Below, piece after piece: positions 35,919 through 47,600 of a DNA stretch of 64,000 bases. The translations under genes were made by a program, and so were the position numbers. The DNA comes from Schizochytrium sp. TIO01. Its lineage: Eukaryota; Protista; Bigyra: Labyrinthulomycetes. Where the stretch lies: contig SMSO01000032.1 in NCBI GenBank assembly GCA_004764695.1, forward strand, positions 7,038,483 through 7,102,482. The letters are read 5' to 3'. The notes beneath the pieces are model-generated. The model made no database searches and was not told where the DNA came from. It was given only the letters and a program-made list of their open reading frames with translations. Positions within the stretch are counted from its first letter, which is position 1, and the number at the start of each line of letters is the position of its first letter.

Positions 35919-37100
35919 TCATTTTTTAAAGGTTAGTAGATCACGAGTATAAAATTTAAAGCTTTCTAGGAATCGCACATTCTCTTTAAGAGCCTGAATA
36001 GCTTGCGTCCATCTTGCTAATCCTAATCGAGCTCTACCTGAGCCAACTACGTTTTCTACATTCACCTTGCTGAGATCTCCAATCAAAGGAACTAGTGGAC
36101 AAGGCATTGCTAGAGTTCTTTGTTTCCCTTTGTAAAACCCTCGTAGACACAGGGCTTACAATAAAGCAAGAGCCAAGAATCAAAAGCGTGCCTACACATT
36201 TCCTTGATCCAAATATGTTTTAACTTGAATCGATGGCTGAAGAGGTTGAATTAATTTCATCCCATCAATCGTCTCTAACACCGTTAAAAAATGTCTTAGC
36301 CTCTTTCATTGCTACGGAATCCATCTTTCCTGGAATTGATTCACCAGGCCAGCAGTTCACTACCTCTTTAATCAACATACTTAAAGCCTTCATTACTACC
36401 CTTGCCTTCATCTTTACAGTCAGCCTCAAGCTGACCAGAATCATTTTCCAGCATATCTCTAATGATACTTATTAATGCTTGGTGCTTCTATCATCCCTAT
36501 CGATTCTCTATTGATTTAACGAAATAAACGGAGCATGCATCTTTGACATTATCTTATTACAGCAATGCTAATTGACGTACAAACGAATGCGTTGCAAAAT
36601 GGAGCTATTTCATGGATACCCATAGTAATAGTGCCCCGTTCTTTACAAAATAGGGCGGTAGCACGCGGTTCGTGGAGTATATATTTAGCAAAGACGAACA
36701 AATTTTGCAAGATGCACATCGCCTTTGCATATTCCTGTAGCTCAACTACCTCCAGTGATTGGAAATATGCATAAAATAAGAATACTCGCAGTCAAAGTTA
36801 TCCAATCTCCGTTATCTGTCAACGTTAGCTCGAACGTGGGTGACCACGAAGATATTCCTTTCGCCTCAATTAGCCCCACAACATCCTGGTTTTACAACAC
36901 CTATCAGGATGGCACTACTACCCCCAAAGTTGAAGACTTTTGTTTTGCAATTTGAAGAACTTCAACTCCAAGAACATTATGCGCAAAAGTCTGAACACTA
37001 CCTTACAGTAGCAGGTAGAGTTTACACCACTCTATCCCTCAATACCCCCAGGTTCTGAGAAGCAAACATTTTCCTAAAAGGGTCTAAAATACTTCTCTGG
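35919..37100 (-). pseudogene. Heavily decayed coding remnant, possibly PD-(D/E)xK nuclease-like
   Basis: Protein-like fragments broken by stops and frameshifts: PD..(fs)..QDVVGLIEAKG, GHYYYGY, ALISIIRDMLENDSGQLEADC, WIKEMCRHAFDSW, MPCPLVPLIGDLSK...RFLESFKFY. Confidence 0.25.
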
Positions 37101-37523
37101 CAGAACCTGAGCCGCTGCGAATTTACCAAATGTAATGCCTTGATAAATTTAATCAAGAGGGGTAGTGTATAATTATAGGTGCTAGCTAGTGAGTAATGCG
37201 TACTAGTATTACTTTGAGCAAGGACCTGTGATCGACAATCGCACTAAGTAGTACCTACGCAATGGTAGGTGGCGACAGTGCTAGCTGTAAGGATTGTATA
37301 GGAGTATGGTAGAGCGTGTTGGAACTAAGACCACAGTGTACTATTATTGAGCACAGGCGTGGCCTATCAGTGCGTTAAGTAGTCTTAGTGGGGTAGTAGG
37401 CTAAGATGGGCGACTGCAAGACGAAGTTTGACTACAGATGACGCAGAAGATGGTGCTGGGAGCAGGCAAACAAACTCATGTGGCAAGGACTGCAAACGTG
37501 AGCTTTGGGGCAAACATGGAGTG

Positions 37524-39455
37524 ATGCTTGCAGCGTTGTGTCGTAGTCGCTTCTCTCATCTTTTGGCCTCGCCTTTAGGGCCTCACTCGCGAAGGCAGCA
37601 ACACGCTTTCGCGGTAGCCGCACCTGTGGTCTCGCGGTCTTCTGCGAAACCTAGGAGGCACGCTCAGGCGGCGGCGGGAAGGCCATCATCAACAGCATTT
37701 TTGCACCATACAAACGTGGCAGGAAAAGTATCATCGGGTGAGAAGCGTGTCAAGAAGAAATTTCACAAACCGAAAGTGTCAGAATCAGCGAAGCTTGCTG
37801 CAATCAAAGCTCGTCAGCTCGTGGAGGCAGTCATGGCTGAAAAGCAAACGGAGGTCGAGAGCACTCTGCAGGATCTCATTGCTCCTAAACAGTCGAGACA
37901 GTTCGTGCATTACACTGTGGCTCTTGAGCAGCAAGATTTGATTGCTGGCCTTAAGGCACCAAATGTGGGAGGTCTACAGCTTGACGAGTTAATAAAACGT
38001 GATCGCGGCGAGGATTGGGAGGTGGCATATGCACAAACGCTAGTCAAGGGATCACAAGATGTCTTCATTGCTGTGCGGGGTAAAGAAGTTCTTGAGTCCC
38101 TTCGTGAAGTAGCTCGAGCGCGTAAAATTAATAAGGTATCTCTGTGGATGGTACATGGTAAAGTAGATGAAGAAGTAGTTGATCTTCTTAAGCGCTCACA
38201 CAAGAACTCAACCGACGCTATCCATGACGTACGGGTGGTTGAAACATACAGAAGTCACTCGGCTCAAAATGGTTGGTTGAGCTTGCTTGAGGCTCGCTGG
38301 TGTGCTGTTCAACAAGCTGCGATCAAGCCAACATTGCAGAAAATCGGATATCCATTAGTTGGCCACGGCAAGAACACCCTGAAACTGCGTGCTCGAGGTT
38401 TCCGAGGAAATAAGATGGCTGCATGCGGCTTAGAGCTTCCTCTCCCTGACCGACCGATGGTTCAATTCACAAAACTTGAGGATACGCTTCAGCGGTACAA
38501 ACAACTGGGTGAGCGTGAACAAGCTGCTTGGGACATCAAGACACGGAAACGCGAGGTCGATTTAATAGCACAGGGCGTTGAGGCGAAACGGGCACGAATC
38601 CTCGCTGAGGAGCGTGACCCAATCTCCTACGAAACTGGCCATGAGAAATTTGGTGACTTGTCGTTTTCCATTTCTCCCAAGGTTTTTGCCCCATTCCCAG
38701 GCTCACTAAGCGTCGTGGAAAGTTTGGCTGAGGCTATTGCTGATGATACTGCTTCAGAAAGTCAATCTCACTCTGAAGAAATAAGTCAGGGCTCAACTCT
38801 TTTACCTGCAGGGCCTCCAGTAACATCTATGCCAAGCACAAAGGCCGTTCTTGACTTAGGGGTAGGGTCAGGCTGCCTTTTGCTCACATTTCTAAAAAAT
38901 TATTGCAAGGGGGATTCGGCCTGGAAAGGTTATGGTGTAGATATTTCACCCGATGCTGTGGAAGTGACGCTTGAGAATGCTAAAGCCCTGGGTCTTGCAC
39001 AACAATGCTCATTTAAGGTTTGCGACTATGCCCAAGTTCCTGATCCATTTTCAAATGGGGAAACCTCGACGGGTGCTCCCAAGTTTTCTGCGGTTCTCTG
39101 TAACCCGCCGTATCTGCCGGATCATGTGGCAGACTCCATGCGGACATTCGCAAGTCTCCCTCGTGCAGGGTACTGCGGTGGGGAAGATGGTCTGAATGGC
39201 TATCGATCTGTGGCATCTTTCTTTGCCCAAACGAAGTCAGTAGCCCCAGGAGCTTTGGTGGCTGTTGAAACCTCTGGAAATTTTGCAAAGCGTCACGACC
39301 AGGTCAAGTCTCTACTTTGCGAAAGTGGCCATCTTTCTTTTCTGCGCATGGGCAAGCCTGACCACACCAAAACCCAGCGTTGCTTAATATTCCGCTACAC
39401 GGGGATGCCCCCATTATCTAATGAGCCTCCTGCGCCGCTTGATTCATTAAAGTGA
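37524..39455 (+). CDS. HemK/PrmC-family SAM-dependent methyltransferase with N-terminal degenerate RluA-like domain, probably mitochondrial
   Basis: First ATG at 37524 starts an R/S/A/L-rich, acid-free presequence; PISYETG...F..SPKVFAP (PrmC-like), motif I VLDLGVGSG, GVDISPDA, NPPY at 39102-39113, GGEDGL..YR. Confidence 0.88.
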   Translation: MLAALCRSRFSHLLASPLGPHSRRQQHAFAVAAPVVSRSSAKPRRHAQAAAGRPSSTAFLHHTNVAGKVSSGEKRVKKKFHKPKVSESAKLAAIKARQLVEAVMAEKQTEVESTLQDLIAPKQSRQFVHYTVALEQQDLIAGLKAPNVGGLQLDELIKRDRGEDWEVAYAQTLVKGSQDVFIAVRGKEVLESLREVARARKINKVSLWMVHGKVDEEVVDLLKRSHKNSTDAIHDVRVVETYRSHSAQNGWLSLLEARWCAVQQAAIKPTLQKIGYPLVGHGKNTLKLRARGFRGNKMAACGLELPLPDRPMVQFTKLEDTLQRYKQLGEREQAAWDIKTRKREVDLIAQGVEAKRARILAEERDPISYETGHEKFGDLSFSISPKVFAPFPGSLSVVESLAEAIADDTASESQSHSEEISQGSTLLPAGPPVTSMPSTKAVLDLGVGSGCLLLTFLKNYCKGDSAWKGYGVDISPDAVEVTLENAKALGLAQQCSFKVCDYAQVPDPFSNGETSTGAPKFSAVLCNPPYLPDHVADSMRTFASLPRAGYCGGEDGLNGYRSVASFFAQTKSVAPGALVAVETSGNFAKRHDQVKSLLCESGHLSFLRMGKPDHTKTQRCLIFRYTGMPPLSNEPPAPLDSLK

Positions 39456-40596
39456 AACTCAATTTCTGAAACCACCAAGTCTATCGCTGCAGCATATCCA
39501 CAACCAAGTTTCTGCTGCATGCTTTCAATCATCAATCACAAAAACATTCATTCACAATACATTTGTCCTGTCCTTTTTTACCGCTTCCTCCATTTCTTCC
39601 TTGCTTACATCCCTGTAATCCTCTATGCATTACCCTATTATAACCTACATACTACTTGATACCTACTTCTAGTGCAAAGGTATTCCATGGGAAAGTCCGT
39701 CCACTAGCACATTTCCAGAACCCTCACAGAACCACTCCCTTCCCAGGACAGAACAAACCTGGAACTCGCTCGCTCATTCAGCTCTTCTACTTCTCGCATT
39801 TTCACACAGTAGGGAAACACGTTTATTTTGATTAAAATTAAGTTAGGCCGCCAACCAAAAGAGAAAAGGAGGAGGCTAGGCAACCAACCTGTATCGAGCG
39901 ACTCAGATATTTCGAGCAAACCCGTGACAGCAAATGCAAATAAGATTATGTGTTCTGCATACCTCACCCTCCTCATGGAACGGTTTGGAACACCTATACA
40001 GAGAGCCTCCGGATCTCTTTTTCTGGATTGGTGTTCCGTTCTCTTAGGCGCAGTGTTCAATAAATTTCTTCGTGCTCTAAGTGGGCAGTAGGACCATTCA
40101 CTAGGGTTAACTGTAGTAAGTAGCAAAAGCAGCAAAGAGGGCGTTGAAGAGGAACCCACCTGACTGCGAAATTTCTTTGCTTGTGCAAGTCAAGTATAGG
40201 AGGATAGTGCATTTGCAGGAGGAGGCACAAGTGAAGTATACGAGATCACAAGTGGAGTATAGCGCCCGAGGCGGAGACGGAGGAGGCAAAACCCAAAGTA
40301 GTTAGACACGGTGCGCGCTCGTCCTTGTGCAGGCTACCTGCCCTTGAGCTTGCACGATCACGCGCTTGCTCCTCGTTTGAAGCGCCGAGAAAGAGAGAGC
40401 ACGCAAGGCCACACCGGACCGTAAGTGGCGAGGCGCCCGGAGCGGTGTCGGTTGGTCTGTTGTTCCTTCGCCTGATCATTTGTTTATAGACAAATTGACT
40501 TTCCTTTTCTTCTTCTATTCTTCGGTCGTTCTTCTTGAACTTAATCCGACTCTCCTCCTTCGATTCGTTGCGCTCTCTAGCGCTTTGAGTTCGACT

Positions 40597-40862
40597 GTAA
40601 GCTCTATAGCTTCTCATTCCTGCCTCAAAGGAGTAATAGGTTAGTCCGGTACAGAGGTAGACGCCCTGCGGTAAATATTGCGTCGGCTTGCCTTTTTTCG
40701 ATATTGCTTGCCTATATAAACAACATTCGTACTCAAGACAGCTAGCCTAGCTTGCTTCACAAGTTTGCTTTACCCCGTGGCTTGCGCGTACTTTGAAAAG
40801 TTTTCTACGAGAGAAACATAAAGGTACAGATCTCGTGCGAGCGCCCTCAGGATTGTCTGCAG
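40597..40862 (+). other. Putative 5'-UTR intron of the 41046 gene
   Basis: GTAAGC donor at 40597 after a pyrimidine-rich leader and CTGCAG acceptor ending at 40862; no transcript evidence. Confidence 0.25.
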
Positions 40863-41045
40863 GTTTGCTCTAGGCAGCAGACCTTTGGAGATAAGTCTGC
40901 AAGTTAATCTCAAGTCTCGTGCCCAAAGCTTTCAGGAGGAAAAGCTTTGGTCTGGCCCTAAAGTCGGCTGTCACTTTCTCAAGACATCAACAAGAGATAT
41001 TCTATACCAAGAGCTGCAAATAAGAGTAATCACCCAAGTGAAATC

Positions 41046-41813
41046 ATGGCGGCTGCTACAGCAATTGTGACGGTAGCGTCCGTGAGCGCAGTGAGTGTCT
41101 CACTTGCGTACCAGCTCACGCGAGTGATGTTGTACAAGGCTGTAGAAGCTGCAGCTAACACGGCGATCATGCTGTTGGCAAAGAACAGTGAGTCAGTGGG
41201 CCGTGTCCAGTTCATCTTGATGGAGCTGGATGTTGAGGCCAAATTTAAGACTGTGCGGTCGCTATTGGAGGCAGTTGAAGATGACGACGTCGAACTCGCA
41301 GAGAGTACGAGTAAAGACTTTATTCAAGTCTGTGTGAACAATGTTCGCGACATTATGGAGACGATCAGCATCACGCTGACTCGCATCCAGAATAGCATGG
41401 ATGCCCATGCAAAGATGTGGTTTAACGCCTGGCGCAAGCTCGATGTGGTGGACGACCTCGAGTTGCTCAAGGCGCAATGCCGCATGTTTGATAAGCGCCT
41501 CGAGACGCTCATTCAGTGCCTTTCCGTGCCAAGCAGGTCAGGCCATGAGGAACGTGCTGCCCATGCGCAACATGGTCTCATGAACCAGCTCATTTTCGGC
41601 GACTCTCGCTTGGGCAATGATAATGCTGAGGATGACCGTGCTGCGGATGAGCTTGAGCGAGCACGCTCGCACATGCTCGCTATGCAGGCGCATTCTGAGG
41701 CCGAGATCGATGGGCCTTGCGCTGGTAGCACTTCCGGCATTCGGAAGTCGCGCTCTGCCACGGGCGCTGCGCCGCGTACCACTGTCCTTTTTGAGGATCC
41801 AGTGTTTTTGTAA
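41046..41813 (+). CDS. Hypothetical all-alpha helical-bundle protein (255 aa)
   Basis: atcATGgcg start, C/G-ending codon bias, hydrophobic N-terminal helix then amphipathic helices with HAKMWFNAWR motif and a disordered tail. Confidence 0.85.
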   Translation: MAAATAIVTVASVSAVSVSLAYQLTRVMLYKAVEAAANTAIMLLAKNSESVGRVQFILMELDVEAKFKTVRSLLEAVEDDDVELAESTSKDFIQVCVNNVRDIMETISITLTRIQNSMDAHAKMWFNAWRKLDVVDDLELLKAQCRMFDKRLETLIQCLSVPSRSGHEERAAHAQHGLMNQLIFGDSRLGNDNAEDDRAADELERARSHMLAMQAHSEAEIDGPCAGSTSGIRKSRSATGAAPRTTVLFEDPVFL

Positions 41814-42763
41814 ATAATTCAAGGAGACATATTTTAACTCCTTTGCTAGAGCTGTGCGCTGAACGCGTTCGTTTAGCTGTTGCTCTATTGCATGTACATC
41901 ATGATTTTCATCACCATACTAATACTTCTTTCTAAATCAATCATTTACTTTGATTTGTTTCTGTGACTTATGTGTGCTTCTTTGGTTGAGAAAGTCTCGT
42001 ATCTTGACGAAACGATTATCTGCGACTTGTCATCCAGGTGTGCCACATTATCCATTCTCTTCTATTTGCACTGCTACGAACATAAAAGGAAACATGTGTT
42101 AGATTAACTGATTAGCTGACCTTTTACTTCTCACTTTGACTTCGGAATTGTAACTTGAGCAATGTATAAGAAAATGCATCCATAGAGTTTGCTTATCTTA
42201 TCACAGCAGAAGCCACCTTTTCACATTGTATACGGTAGGAAACAGAAAACAGGGGATGAAGTGCTGCCATTTCTCATTATTATCAGAGCAACAGAGCAAC
42301 AGACGAACTTTGTAATATCGCCAAATGGTGGGACATCTAACAGCTTCCAAAAATTATCAGAAAGGAGCAGGAAATTGTACTTAGCACCTAATATATTTTA
42401 ATATTCTTTATGGACAGAGTCCCAGAAACTAAAATTGGCACACAGCTTATTTTGTGCCAATGTGCAATAGAATTGCTCCTGTTTACTCTTATTATGAAAT
42501 ACAACAAATGTTGCGTTCAAGAATTTTAGTTTTCTAAATTTAGCAGCGTGGTACTTCTTCACAGGTAGAAGGAAGAAAATCCCTTGAAAATACAAACAGG
42601 AAAATCAAGTAATCGCACAAGACAACGAAACAATGTCCAAGGGAAGCCAGGCGCACAGCTCAAGCATTAAAAAGAGGAGAATGAGGGAATCCAAGGAGGG
42701 AAAGGTTGCACGCACGGGGTCTGATAAAATCGATAAAGAAACGTGACGAGATTGAAAAAAAAA

Positions 42764-44650
42764 TTAGTACACGCGCTTCTGGGGAGGGAAGGGCTGGAGG
42801 TCCTCGCCCGGGAGCATGTACTGGTGAGTGGGGCGGTAGGAGACAGTGACCTTGCCAGTGTCCTTGTCGAAGTGTGTGATGGTGTGCTTCATCCAGTCCT
42901 TGTCATCGCGCTCAGGGTAGTCCTCGTGGGCGTGGGCGCCACGGCTCTCCTTACGCTTCTCAGCAGCGTGCATGGTACAGGCAGCGTTGGCGAGGAGGTT
43001 CTGGAGCTCGAGGGTCTCAAAGAGGTCAGAGTTCCAGATGAGGGAGCGGTCAGTGACCTTAACATCTGCGAACTCCTGGACGACCTTGTCGACCTTGACA
43101 ACACCCTCAGCGAGGGACTCGTCAGTGCGGAAGACGGCGGCGTGGTCCTGCATGGTGCGCTGGAGCTTGAGACGGAGGTCAGCGGTGGGGGTGCTGCCGT
43201 TGGCGTTGCGGACCTTGTCGAGGTTAGCGATGGACTCCTCGCCGGCGTTGGACGGGAGCTGAACCTTGGTGCCGGGCTTGATCTCCTCGGCAATGTGGTT
43301 GGCGACAGCACGTCCGAAGACGACGATGTCAAGAAGAGAGTTGGCACCGAGACGGTTGGCACCGTGCACGGAAGCGCAGGCAGCCTCACCGGCGGCGTAG
43401 AGACCGGGCACAACAGCGTCGGGGTTCTCCTTGGTGGGGTTGACGACCTGACCGGTGTGGAGGGTCTGGATACCACCCATGTTGTAGTGAACGGTGGGGA
43501 GCACAGGGATGGGCTCCTTAGTGACATCGACACCGGCAAAGATCTTGGCGGTCTCAGAGATACCGGGGAGACGCTCGGCAAGGAGGTCTGCGGGGAGGTG
43601 GTCAAGGTGAAGGTAGACGTGGTCCTTGTTGGGGCCGACACCGCGTCCCTCACGGATCTCCATGGTCATGGCACGGCTGACGACATCACGGGAGGCAAGA
43701 TCCTTGGCAGAGGGAGCGTAGCGCTCCATGAAGCGCTCACCCTCGCTGTTACGGAGGATACCACCCTCACCACGGCAGCCCTCAGTGATGAGGCATCCAG
43801 CTCCGTAAATACCGGTGGGGTGGAACTGCACGAACTCGGGGTCCTGGATGGGGATACCAGCGCGAAGAGCCATGGCACCACCGTCACCAGTGCAGGTGTG
43901 GGCAGAGGTAGCAGAGAAGTAGGCACGTCCGTAGCCTCCAGTGGCGAGCACGGTGGCCTGGGATGCGAATCTGTGGAGGGTACCGTCCTCCATGCACATG
44001 GCGATGACACCCTTGCACTCACCGTTCTCCATGATGAGGTCGAGCGCGAAGTACTCCACGAAGAAGCTGGCATCGAAGGCAAGAGAGCGGCCGTAGAGGG
44101 TGTGGAGGAGGGAGTGGCCGGTACGGTCAGCAGCGCAAGCGCAGCGGTAGGCCTGGCCTCCCTTACCGAACTCGAGCGACTGACCACCGAAGGCGCGCTG
44201 GTAGATCTTGCCCTCCTCGGTACGGGAGAACGGAAGACCGAAGGACTCGAGCTCGAGCACGGCGGCGGGCGCCTCGCGGGCCATGTACGCGATGGCGTCC
44301 TGGTCACCGAGCCAATCGGCGCCCTTGACGGTGTCGTAGGCGTGCCAGCGCCAGTCGTCCTTGGTGATGTTGCCGAGGGCAGCGTTGATACCACCCTGAG
44401 CAGCGACAGTGTGGCTACGGGTGGGGAAGAGCTTGGTCACACAGGCAGTCTTGAAGCCTGCCTCGGCGGCGCCCATGGCGGCGCGAAGGCCGGCACCGCC
44501 GGCACCCACGACGACGACGTCGAACTCGTGGTCAACGATCGTGTACTCTCCAGAGGTGGAGGTGGAAAGGGCGCGGGAGGAGTTCCGTGCCGCGGCAACG
44601 CGGGCGGCGGAGGGCCGGGCGGCCTTGAGAGAAGCGTGGCGCATCATCAT
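42764..44650 (-). CDS. SDH1: Mitochondrial succinate dehydrogenase flavoprotein subunit (SDHA/SDH1)
   Basis: R/S/A-rich presequence, FAD-binding [19 protein letters not shown] with covalent-FAD His, [39 protein letters not shown]; very strong codon bias. Confidence 0.99.
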   Translation of the reverse strand: MMMRHASLKAARPSAARVAAARNSSRALSTSTSGEYTIVDHEFDVVVVGAGGAGLRAAMGAAEAGFKTACVTKLFPTRSHTVAAQGGINAALGNITKDDWRWHAYDTVKGADWLGDQDAIAYMAREAPAAVLELESFGLPFSRTEEGKIYQRAFGGQSLEFGKGGQAYRCACAADRTGHSLLHTLYGRSLAFDASFFVEYFALDLIMENGECKGVIAMCMEDGTLHRFASQATVLATGGYGRAYFSATSAHTCTGDGGAMALRAGIPIQDPEFVQFHPTGIYGAGCLITEGCRGEGGILRNSEGERFMERYAPSAKDLASRDVVSRAMTMEIREGRGVGPNKDHVYLHLDHLPADLLAERLPGISETAKIFAGVDVTKEPIPVLPTVHYNMGGIQTLHTGQVVNPTKENPDAVVPGLYAAGEAACASVHGANRLGANSLLDIVVFGRAVANHIAEEIKPGTKVQLPSNAGEESIANLDKVRNANGSTPTADLRLKLQRTMQDHAAVFRTDESLAEGVVKVDKVVQEFADVKVTDRSLIWNSDLFETLELQNLLANAACTMHAAEKRKESRGAHAHEDYPERDDKDWMKHTITHFDKDTGKVTVSYRPTHQYMLPGEDLQPFPPQKRVY

Positions 44651-47600
44651 GGCTGCGCGAGCGAGAAGGGTCGTTCTTTTGGATTTGCTTCTTTCTCTCT
44701 TTCCCCTCTTTAGCGCCTTTTTTCTCCCTCTTTCTCTATCTCACAGCTCTGCAAATCAAACAATTCTTTCCTACAACTTATCATTTTTCTTCTTTCAATT
44801 AAAAAAACATGAATTAAAATGTCTTTTTTATCTCAAATTAACTTTTAAAGGATCATTTCTCTTTCTCTTGCCACCTATTTCTCTCTTTCCTCCATTACCC
44901 ACTACGCCTCCTCCTCTTATTCGTGGATTTCTCTCTCTCTCTCTCCGTCTGTCTGTCTCTCTGTCAACCAGGAAAGAGAAACAGAAAGAAACAGCTTTCT
45001 GGCATTCTTGTTTGTCCTCTTGGCAGCATACAGAAGTCATCGAAAGCTCCTCAGTCGCGATGATGAGAACGCGGAAGGGCTCTATAGAGCTCTCAACAGG
45101 CTGAGGTAACAGACATTTCATTCATATCATACGATAGATATCATATTACGTCATACCAGCTCGTGGATGAATGCATGAATGAATGAGTGAATGAGTGAAT
45201 GCATTTACTTTCTTTTTTTCTGCAGATGAAAACGCGGAGAGAAAGGAAGAAAAGAGAGCGATAAAAACACTCATTATTTATTTACTGCAGCCTCTGTCTG
45301 CTCTTTGGCCCTTTCCCGTTCTTTTGCAGCGCTTCGCTCCTGTTACTGCTGACTAGGCACTGCTACCTCAGTGCAAACTCGCAGTAGGTAAGACAAAGCG
45401 AGGGAAGATAGATATGGCACCTCTGTTCCATTGCAGCATTGTCCATCATCATCTGTCATCCCATTCATTCACGATCAATCATGCCATTCGCAGCACCGAT
45501 ACTTTCCTGACTTAGTTTGATTAATTAAAAATGGCCAACAATAAATAATAAACACTCTTAAAGAACTAACATACTAACTCACAGTAGAAGCTAGTGCATC
45601 CATGTATTCCATAGCAGGTCGTCTTACTGTGGCACTGCAATTGCAAAGATCGTGAAGAACGATGTGGATATCGCACTCACGTCATTGGAAACGAAAGGAA
45701 GGCCATGAAAGATGCCCAGTGACCTCTCCTTATGCGTCTCTCGGTGCCAGAGAGGGGTAGAGCGGCTGTCTCGTCCCTCATTCTTTCGAGTAACTAACTA
45801 ACTAACTCGCAATCATTCTTCTGATTCTATTTCCTTTCTTTATCCTTTTCATTAAAATCAAACTAATGAGTTTCTTTTAGTTTTTGTTCTATTTGAGGTT
45901 TGAAAATATATTAAATTAATAGTATTTTATTTCTTCCTGACTGCCAGCAGCGCAGGGCTAAGGACACGCACACTACACCCAAGGCAGGCCTAGGGAGTCC
46001 GCAGCACTTTCATAGAACACAGTAACAGGAGCAGCAGATGCTTCGCGGGGGGTACTATGAAACTCTTGATGACCCGTACAAGGGCCTGAAATTCATCCTT
46101 CGGTCCGATCAAAGGGACAGAACATAGGTGACCCACTGCAAAATGTACCACACCTCACGTATGGGTGGTAAAATTCTCAAGAGAGGACAAGGAATTTGAG
46201 AGGCAGTGGAAAGGAGGCAGTGTAGTTAGAGGAGGATCTGCAGAAGCTTTCTGTAGTAATGCTACGTCTACCATGTGAGGGGATGTAATTAAATTTAAAC
46301 ACGGATATAATATGCGCAGGTGCTATAAAAGAGGTCAGTGTGGAGGAGGTAAGAAAAGCGGATAAAGGAGGAGATGGAGGAAACTTGCGAACTGCCTTCG
46401 CCCCCCTCGTTTCTCACTTGCCGTACTATAATTTCTATGGCATGCGATATTTTCATTTTCCGCAAACGAGAGAAAAAATCTAAATCTCCGCTATTTTCCA
46501 AAGTTTTGTTTTTTTTTTTTTCTATAAACATTCTTTAGTAGTACTAAAAGAAGGAAGGAATTCGTCGAAAATGCTTCTTCTTCTGCGATATCTGCAGCTT
46601 GAGGAGGTGAAGCGCTGAGTAATGCACGGGTAGTTCGACTGCGTGGATATTCATACATACACCTATCCCGAAAGCCCCGAGAGGGCCTCGCCGCCTGTCC
46701 TCTTGGCCGTTGACCCTCTCCTCGATTTCTTTTGCTTGTTGAGTCCGCAGAAATTCCACATTTCGTTGCTTTCGTTCCAATCCATTCCATCACATTGCAT
46801 TACATTACATTACGCAACATTACGCTATATTGAATTACTATGGCACATTATAGTGCAATAGATAGATAGATACTTGCTTCTCTTAAAATCAGACTAAAGT
46901 TCTTGTCATCTTCTATTTAAATAAAGTACTATGCATATAATAAATATATATGTCCAGTAATAAGAAAGCTCAATCGATGGAATACAGCAGACATCATCTT
47001 CAATGCCGGTGTCATTGACGGCATCGTGCAAAAGCAAAGGCACGAAGAACGATACAGCTTTCCAGAGGGACCACTGGTAAGCGCAGAGTCATCTGCATTA
47101 GCATTGTCGGCCAGCCAAGGTCGGCCAAGAAAGAAAGTAGTAGAAGGCACTTGGGATGCATGCATTTATGCTGCATGCAATATAGCGGCCCATGTAATAG
47201 CGCGCAGTATGGCGCACTATTTTACCCTTTTTCATTAAAAAATAATTAAATTAAATTAAATTAAATTAACAAATGAAAAATGTTTTTTTATGTATTGCAG
47301 GCGCAGGTCCCTCGAATTTTATGTCCGAAGCTGAAGAACCTCTGCTGCATTTGCTGTTACTGTGAGGTAGTCGGAGTTCATGTCTCGCGATTTTGAGGCA
47401 GTTTAAGCCATCGCTCAGCCGAACTGCTTGGACGTCATACGAAGGAATTGCCGTAGTTCTACATGCACGCAACGGGACACAGTTGGTTCAATAGGGTTGG
47501 GTATTTAACATTTGGAGAACAGCGAGCGAGCGAATGTATCGTTGCGGAGGTCCGCCACGATGACGTAGGAGCAACATAGTTTTTTATTTATAGTTTTATT

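Noticed and set aside
39704-40617. Minus-strand ORFs of 151 and 123 aa between the HemK and 41046 genes
   Set aside because: No codon bias or recognisable motifs; composition reflects purine/pyrimidine-skewed UTR or promoter DNA
40090-40650. Telomerase-RNA template-like 8-mers on the minus strand (TAACCCTA ~40102-40109, CTAACCTA 40637-40644)
   Set aside because: 8-nt matches are expected by chance in 64 kb; no supporting structure recognised; region better explained as promoter and 5' UTR of the 41046 gene
42743-44713. 656-aa antisense ORF and alternative-frame ORFs over SDH1
   Set aside because: Shadow ORFs expected from extreme C/G-ending codon bias of a highly expressed gene; GTG start and no protein-like motifs
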